From Thelocarpon superellum (lineage: Eukaryota): DNA of 44,811 nt. The notes under the pieces were generated by a model. That model did no database searches. It was not told where the DNA came from and saw only the letters and a program-made list of their open reading frames with translations. Where the stretch lies: the NCBI GenBank assembly GCA_026025795.1, contig JAPEUG010000107.1, positions 1 through 44,811 on the forward strand, read 5' to 3'. A program made the position numbers and the translations under genes. Positions 35,168 through 44,811 of this stretch are shown here, piece after piece; the first letter of the stretch is position 1, and each line of letters begins with the position of its first letter.

Positions 35168-36746
35168 AAACGAAGAGTCGTCCGGCTTCCCATCCGTCGA
35201 GCAGCACGCACTACCCGACGCTATATCAGACCGAACCTCAGAACTCCCCACTCCAACCTCGTGCTCTACATCTCTTTGATGATGTCGTTCAAGTTCCGCG
35301 CTCCTGGCTTTGCAAATGTGTCTCTTGGGTGATGCAGCGAGGTGTCCCCCTGAGGCCTTGCACGCGTCTCTGCATTGCATCTCTTCTCCTTGGCATCTAA
35401 GTCGTTGTGACGGGGTCTGTACTTGCAAATCATAGATGAAAGCATTCTCATGGAGATTGGTGGCCCCTTCGACCGTGACCCGATAAGGACGTCTCTCCGA
35501 GATGGAGCTTCGAGGACGGGGGGACTTCCCACCACACGATGATGCTTGCGAGATGGAGAGTGTTGGCTCCGGTCCTCGACTTACGTCGCGCGGCGCTGAG
35601 ACAGTCCTGTTCGACCTGAGGAGCAGGCGAGGCAGACGGGCCTCACAGGAAATAGCCGCATCTTCACCTGATTAGGGATGAACGTAATCGGTAAACACCA
35701 GGAGTGTACTTGAGCGGTGCTCACGCCATGCATCACCCAGCTACTGATCAGGACCCGAAGGTGCGCCAGGGTTGTCCCGATATTTCGATCTACTCACGTA
35801 GCGCCATCTGCCGCTACGTGTACAGCGCGGACCGCCATAGCGTCAAGTATTGAGACACTCGAGCATTTGGGTTGGATAAGAGGTTCCTCGCATCAGATAG
35901 CCCACACCGTTCACTGCAGGGAAGGGATGCCGTAAGGGCAACGGAGGGGCCTTACGGTTATTCCAGTCTGCCTTGCCACCTCTGGTCCAGGTGATAAGGC
36001 TAGACCGACGGGATGCAGCATTGCCGGTAAGGCTTAGGATGCTAACGTGCGATGAGCGCAGCGCTGCCACCCAAGGCGTCAGTTCAGTAGACCATACCAC
36101 TCCGGGACGCGGATCCCTTGCCCAGAGGGGCCCGGTAGGTTGGACCTGGCTGAAGGGTGCGTCCAGGCGAACGTCGTGCAAGATACTTGTACTACTAGTA
36201 CGTACTACTACTAGGGTAGCACCAGGCTCATACCAGTCTCGTGGAGCGACGACCTCGCCCCAAAAGAGTCGGACGGGACCGCGACAACCCCGCCAAAGAC
36301 CATGACCGAAATACTGGGCCTTCCGCCTTGTCCTCGAAAAAATCCGACATCGTCCAGTCGTCACGCCCACACGTCTTGAGAAGCGGTGAGGGTCGAGGGG
36401 ATCAGGCTGCGACGAGGTGGCCGTCAAGACTATGGTATGCCTGGTCACTGCGCCACGACGGTAACGGAACCCCGCTTAGTCCACCACCCAGCGCTCGAGC
36501 GCTCGGCTGTGCTGCCTATCGCCATGCTCTTGGCCCGCCACGCCCACTCTCGTGGCTCGCTCTCTCACTCGGCCCCACCCCCCAAAAGTCACAGATAGGT
36601 CCGTCGTCGTCTCCACCGTCCGACCAGATCTCTCCCTTGAGACGAGGCTTCGATCCGCGTGAATAGGCTGTCCAGTCGAGACAAGACGGGCCGTTCTCGG
36701 CGCCTCCGTTCTCTTCTGCGCCTCGCCCGTCTTGCGTCTGGATGTC

Positions 36747-39268
36747 ATGCAATCACGCCTAAAGAACTTTGGTTTCGGCTCCAAACGCAAATCGACCGCG
36801 CTCGGTGTCCCCGCCCCGACCCAGACCCAGGCCGTCACGCCTCTTCAACCCCCTCCCCCACCATCCGGCAACACCACCACGACCATCGCACCCGCGGCCC
36901 AACCTGCTCCCGTGGGCGGCACCTCTCCGCCGCCAGCACCTACCGCGCCCAATCTCAGTGTCCCTATGAATTCGACGCAGCTGGGTCGCCCACCAAGCTA
37001 CACGTATTCGCAAGGCCCTGGCCAGCTTGGCGCCGCCCCCCCTGCCCCCAGCGGACGCTCCACCTCGCCATTACCTCCCTCGGCCTCGGGCGTCGCTCAT
37101 CCACCTCCATCGCAAGTCTTGAACGGACCCCGGCCCATCAACACCGCCGCGACCGGAGGTTATCCCCCAGCAGGAGCCATGGCCACAATGGGTCCCCCGC
37201 CGCCCGTCGGTGGGCCCCCCGGCTACGGAGGAGGCTACGGGCCTCCTGTCGGCGCACCCGCCGGCATGGGTGCGCCGCAGTATGGGGCTCGAGGAGGAGC
37301 CGTCGAAGTGGAGGGTGCCGGTCGAAGTAAAGCACAGTTGATCGTCGGCATTGATTTTGTAAGCGCCATCGCCGTGGACGTCGCCGCTGTGGGATGGAGC
37401 AGTCGCTGACAAGACTGCTTTCCAGGGGACGACCTTCTCTGGAGTCGCCTTCGCCTTTGCCACTAATACCGAAGCGAAAGAAGACATTATCACCGAGTGG
37501 CCGGGTGCGGGCAATCAAACCAAGCAGAAGGTAGGCATCCCGCGCGCCCTTGCCTTCACTTCCTTCCTTTCTTAACACGTCGCCGGCACCAGATTCCCAC
37601 CGTGCTTTACTACGATCAGTATCAAAAGGTGGTCGGGTGGGGCCCCGACATCGCCGACGCGCTCGCGCCCACCGGCTACCCCAAGCCCGGGGTGCAGAAG
37701 GTGGAGTGGTTCAAGCTGCAACTGATGCTCTCGGGTAATACCTACATCGACCCTATCAACCTGCCCCCGCTACCGCCCGGCAAGTCAGAGATCGATGTGG
37801 CGGCCGACTATCTTTTCAAGCTTCGGCAAGCCACCCGGAATCAGCTGCAGAAGACGCTCGGCGAAGTCTTCAATCGCGAAGAACGTAATATCCGATATTA
37901 CCTCACGGTGCCGGCCATCTGGAACGATGCGGGCAAGGCCGCAACGCGGTCGGCGGCCATCCAAGCAGGCTTCTTGCGTGACGAGAATGACAATCGACTG
38001 ACCTTGATCACCGAGCCCGAAGCGGCGGCCCTCTTCTGTTCCAAGACGGGTCTGCTGAACCTGAAGATCCACGACGCCGTCCTGATTGTGGATTGCGGCG
38101 GTGGGACCGTGGATCTGATCGCGTACGAGGTGGAAGAGGAGCAGCCCTTCACCGTAGCTGAATGCACCGCTGGATCCGGGGACTCGTGTGGGTCGACCGC
38201 GCTCAACCGCAATTTCAGCAACATCCTCCGGGCCAAGATTCGCAAGATGAAACTCCCAGACGGCTCCAAGACGGCCGGAAAGGTGTATGCCAAGTGCATC
38301 ATGGACTTTGAGAACCGAATAAAGGCCGACTTCCGCAACAATGGGCAGAAGTGGGCCGTCGACGTGGGGATCGAGGCCGAGTTCCCGGAGGCGGGCATCG
38401 AGGAAGGGTACATGACCTTCACCAACGAGGAGATTCTGCAGTGTTTCGAGCCCGTGGTGAACCGCATTCTGGAGCTGGTGAGAAACCAGATTATCGCCAT
38501 CCAAGCGCAGAACCGCATTCTGCAGGTAAGCTGATCACGCCAATGCCACGCCGTCCCAGTGCACTGACAGGGTGTAGAACGTCTTGGTCGTCGGCGGATT
38601 TGGTGCCTCCGAGTACTTGTTCCAACAGATTAAGCTGCATGTACCGCCTCAATTCCAAGCCAAGGTCGTCCGTCCCATGGACTCCGTCGCTGCCATCGTC
38701 AAGGGCGCCGTGACGGCGGGCATCACGGAGCGCGTCATCACCTCGCGTGTTGCCCGTCGGCACTACCTCATGGCGACGCTGCAGCCGTTCAAGGAGGGGC
38801 ACCATCCGGAGCAATACCGCGTGCCGTCTCTTGACGGCAAGGACCGGTGCAAGTACACGCGCCAGATCTTCGTGCAAAAGGGACAGCGCGTCAAGATTGG
38901 GGAACCGGTCAAGGTGTCCTTCTTTCGACAGGTTGCACCCGGCGCGACGCTCATGTACGAAGATATCCTCTACGCGTGCGATGAAGACGTGTGTCCCGAG
39001 TATACCAAAGATCCCCGTACGTCCAACACCGCCCTTCTCATCTTGGGGGAAGCTGACCTTCGGCGCAGGCATCAAAGAAGTGGTGACCCTCACCTCAGAT
39101 CTCTCGCGCAAGAATCTGGAGAAAGACTTTGAGAGAATGGACACGCCACAAGGAACCTTCTACCGCGTCTACTTTGACATCTACCTGACCCTCGATGGCA
39201 GCGAGTTCAACGCCGAGCTGGTCTGTCAAGGCGAGGTCATGGGACGATGCACGGCCCGATTCCGATGA
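36747..39268 (+). CDS. Atypical Hsp70-family (HSPA12-like) protein with Pro/Gly-rich N-terminus; exons 36747-37358, 37426-37530, 37593-38525, 38578-39016, 39069-39268
   Basis: IVGIDFGTTFSGVA, LTVPAIWND, ITEPEAAAL, VDCGGGTVDL, VVGGFGASEYL, AIVKGAV. Four canonical introns. Confidence 0.95.
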
Positions 39269-39588
39269 AAGGTCGTGAGCGCTGGCGCGCCGATTCCTCA
39301 CCGGCGGCACGGGGAGAGAGATGAGAGAAGCAGGGGACGGAAAGGGCGACTCGACGGTAGATTGGATCGGCTCATCCCTCTGTCCTCCTTGGATCTTACC
39401 TCGCCTTCTCGTTCCATCACATGTCTCTGCCTCGATCTGCCACAAGCCTGGCACACTTTCCTTATCAGTTATGATGAACATGGCCTCGTCGATGCAATGT
39501 GATGAATATCTAAATCTCTTCCAGAAGATGCTTTGATACCCGCTTGATGCCTGATGGGCCGCCCAGGTTCAAGGTCGCGGTGCAGCGA

Positions 39589-40762
39589 TCACTGCCCCTC
39601 CACTTTCGGCTTGGCTAGATCCGCGACGTGGCCGGCATCAACTTCCTTGTTCCAGTCTGGGCGGGGTATCTCCACGGCCTCCGTGGTACGGCCGTAGGTG
39701 ATCCCTCCCAGACGACTCATGGGTCGTAAGATCTACGCCACGGCGTTAGGGGCTGGCCGGCGTGCAGCAGCGATCTGATCTGACGTACCGCAGGGTCAAT
39801 GACGTTCCTCTCCTCATTGATCGCGTCTTCCCGGACCCAGAATCGGGTGCCTTCGATGATGGCCAGTACACCTGTCTTCTTGCCAGGAATGGCGCGGGAC
39901 TCGAACTCTTTCGTGTCCATCAGCTAGGGAGAATTAGTCGGGGCGCCCAAGGGGGGGCCTGGTGGGATCCGACTACCTTGCCTTCGACGGCAAAGATGGA
40001 CTCCTTGACGCGAGAGGCCTTCACCGTCGAACATGGGGCCGGGGTGAGCCCGCTCAACGCCCATTCAGACACGCCGTATGGAGCATTGATGGACGTGGCG
40101 TTGGCAGCCTCCAGGAAGTGCTCGGAGATGATATTGATGACACCTGTCGTCGACATGGTCAGGCCGCACCTCCCGTCACACTTCACGGAGCGTCTCACAT
40201 TCTCCGCTCTCGGTGAGATTCTTCAGGGAGTCCTTTGCATTGCTGAATCCGCCGGAGAAGCCGACAGTAAAGATCGGGGGTTCATGGTTCACGACTTGGG
40301 TATAGCTGAACGGGCTAAGATTTGTGGACATTCCTGCGCATCGTCGTCAGCGGTGTACGATCGACGTCAGATGGAGACGCTGCCGTGTACCGTCCTTCGA
40401 TCGCGTACTGATGAAGCCGATTGGCCGAGGGACAATGCCGGAGATCAACAGTTTGTAGTTTGAAACGGCCGGCCCTACGCCAAATTCAGTATGCTATTTA
40501 CATTGCCTCAGCAGGACCCGTCGTCTGCTCACGCACTTCCCTCCTCGTAAGGATCAATCTCCACATGGTTCTTCCTGAGACTCTCTCCACCATCCGAGGC
40601 CCCTTGTCCGAACTGCCATCGGGGATCACGGGTTTTGAAATATCCGAGGTCTACGTGCGGCCAGTCTGGGCGCGAGTCCTCGACAGCCTTGAAGTCCGGA
40701 TGCGGATTACGTTTGACCGTTGACTCCGCGTCCAACTTTTGCTGCTCCTGGCTGGTCGACAT
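39589..40762 (-). CDS. Flavin reductase-like FMN-binding split-barrel protein; introns 40536-40475, 40390-40334, 40198-40144, 39976-39924, 39788-39733
   Basis: KRNPHPDFKAVE, NYKLLISGIVPRPIGFISTRS, NLSPFSY, KDSLKNL..CVINIISEHF, SEWALSGLTP, RPMSRLGGITYG. The frame is open upstream, so an N-terminal extension is possible. Confidence 0.92.
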
Positions 40763-41664
40763 GGCTGGAAGGTAGGACCGGGTGGCAGCAGCGTACAGCA
40801 CAAAGACCGACGTTCTTATTCGAGGCCCGAATGCACGAGAGCGTAGTAGGCTTTTTCGTTGTGCTGCTTTCGGACGTTCATAAGTGTGATCCTTGCGGCT
40901 GGGATCCAACAAGGATATCACGTCATCGGCCGGCGGTAGGGCCTCAATGACGGGCCTTACGCCGCGGAGCCGGGCGTGGAAGTCCATCTGGCATCTGTCA
41001 GGGGATCACAGCAATCTCGTTCACATTCACTTCTACGATCACTCGATTGAAGGGAAGTGGCCAGAGCGGGATTCGATCGATTCGACAGGTCCCATGGTGC
41101 TGCCTGCCAGGAATACGATCTGCTGGGGTCGAACGTGGCTTGTGCTCAACCGGCCAGTCTTACCAGGTGTCAGAAGGAGAGCAAATGCAACGAGATACTT
41201 CTTGCGACGCAACATCGTGCAGGAATGCACTACCTCCTGATTTGGGCGAGCCAAAAGATACCGCTACCCAGGGAACAGGCTGACAGGCAATGTGTGTGTA
41301 TCCCTCGATGAGTCAAACCTGGTGCCAGACTCGGGTCAAGGTCGCGTGGTGTAGTTCTTTCATCTTGCCGTGGCCTGTCCACCAGGCGACGGTCCTCAGT
41401 ATTCATACTCGTCTAAAGTACGAAGTACGTAAGCGCGCGGGCTTCCCGGAGGTAAGGCTTTGTGCAACCAACCTCTTCACTCTTCAACAACGAGTCCTAC
41501 CGGGAGAGGATCAAGCCTTGTATACCATTCTCCCTCTCGTTTGTTTCGGATGGGCGGCTCTGTCTGAAAAGATGACCTGATTACGTTTCCCCCAAGATCC
41601 CGCTACACTGACCGTAGGCCTTGCGTTGTCCGCGCGCCTCACCACTTCACCTCGGCGGCCGGCG

Positions 41665-43916
<2,252 letters not shown>

Positions 43917-44448
43917 TTGACGGTGCTCTTCTAACATAGTCCCCTCCCTCTCATCCCCGCCCGCCGGCTGGTCAGGCAAATGATTAGACCGTGCGAAATC
44001 TGACGTGATGTTCTACCATATCTCCCCCCAATTTGCTCTCAGATCGTGGCAGGCAGTCCGATCAACTGGAACTCTATTTCCGGTCCCAAAATCTAATCAC
44101 CCTCTCACCTCTGACACAGCCACAGCTGGAACCCTGCGGGTGGCCTCATGGTAAGTCAGACTTGGACAGAGGGTGTGCACAGGACGACAACGTGTCTCTT
44201 CTCACGATATGATCGACATCATGTCCAGCGGTCGCGGGCTTGAGTTTCGTCCAGCTTCGACCAAGGGATCCTGGCGCATCGTAACTACTCTTTGCGTCTG
44301 CTCTTCCTCCTTTACGAGTAATCGTGCGGGCACAGCCGCTCCTGCTTCATCTGCTGCGTTCGATCCAGCCACCGCTTCCAGCTCACTCGAAGCGATGGAT
44401 CGCACGAGGTTTTGCTAGCATGTGTCATAGAGCGGCTTGAGCGGAGAA

Positions 44449-44811
44449 TCAATTGAAGACCCCCAATTCGTGGTAACGCAAGTGCTGTTGGTATCCTAAT
44501 CCTATGCCGCTACCGGAGTAGTCACAGCCTTCCTTTGTTTGGGTGGTCGCCGTCTTGCACTCAAACCATCTCGCGTCTTGTCGTATTTTGAGAGGGACAC
44601 GGAATACTCCGTACTTCGAAAACAAATCGATGGTCTGCCGGAAGCCCCTCGGGCGTGGCACGGTGTCAGCAGCTACAACAGACACTGGCTGGTCCCGCAT
44701 ATCGGTGGAACCTCCCGCCGCGTAAGCCTGGTGCACGTTCGTTATGACCTGCGTATGCTTCTGACCGGCGCTGACATCCCCCTCCCGGGCCAGTACGGCG
44801 AGGCACCTACA
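44449..44811 (-). CDS. 3' end of a hypothetical gene truncated by the window edge; possible atypical C2H2-like motif
   Basis: Frame is open from 44811 to TGA at 44449 and ends WFECKTATTQTKEGCDYSGSGIGLGYQQHLRYHELG (C-x10-C-x13-H-x3-H). Confidence 0.45.
   Translation of the reverse strand, partial: CRCLAVLAREGDVSAGQKHTQVITNVHQAYAAGGSTDMRDQPVSVVAADTVPRPRGFRQTIDLFSKYGVFRVPLKIRQDARWFECKTATTQTKEGCDYSGSGIGLGYQQHLRYHELGVFN

Noticed and set aside
43978..44045. Possible C/D box snoRNA (ATGATTA..CTGA..GTGATG)
   Set aside because: Imperfect C box, no terminal D box at a suitable distance and no rRNA-complementary guide recognised.
44140..44160. ACTTACC on the minus strand resembling the U1 snRNA 5' end
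   Set aside because: It is just the reverse complement of a plus-strand GGTAAGT donor; no U1 stem-loops or Sm site recognised.

Overview
GC-rich, intron-rich filamentous ascomycete (Pezizomycotina) genomic DNA. I assembled gene models by hand by joining ORF fragments across GT..AG introns with CTRAY-like branch sites; no database searches were run. About 15 protein-coding genes are supported: a probably secreted Cys-containing protein (424-1700), carboxypeptidase Y, a DPR-type dehydrin-like protein, a small hypothetical protein, a three-finger C2H2 protein, an NAD(P)-binding oxidoreductase, a 14-exon glutamate decarboxylase, two large proteins of unknown function, a Zn2Cys6 transcription factor, mitochondrial phosphate carrier MIR1, an HSPA12-type atypical Hsp70, a flavin-reductase-like protein, poly(A) polymerase and a truncated gene end at the right edge. 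There is also a probable F-box pseudogene and a ~7 kb gene-poor interval. I recognised no tRNA, rRNA, intact transposon or biosynthetic cluster, and no clear multi-gene novel system. The most unusual signals are a 16-bp (non-triplet) tandem repeat right after the start codon of the first gene, which could act as a frameshift on/off switch; two adjacent long hairpins between convergent genes (9184-9380); recurrent TAG/CTA palindromes in promoter regions; and splice signals downstream of the poly(A) polymerase stop codon.
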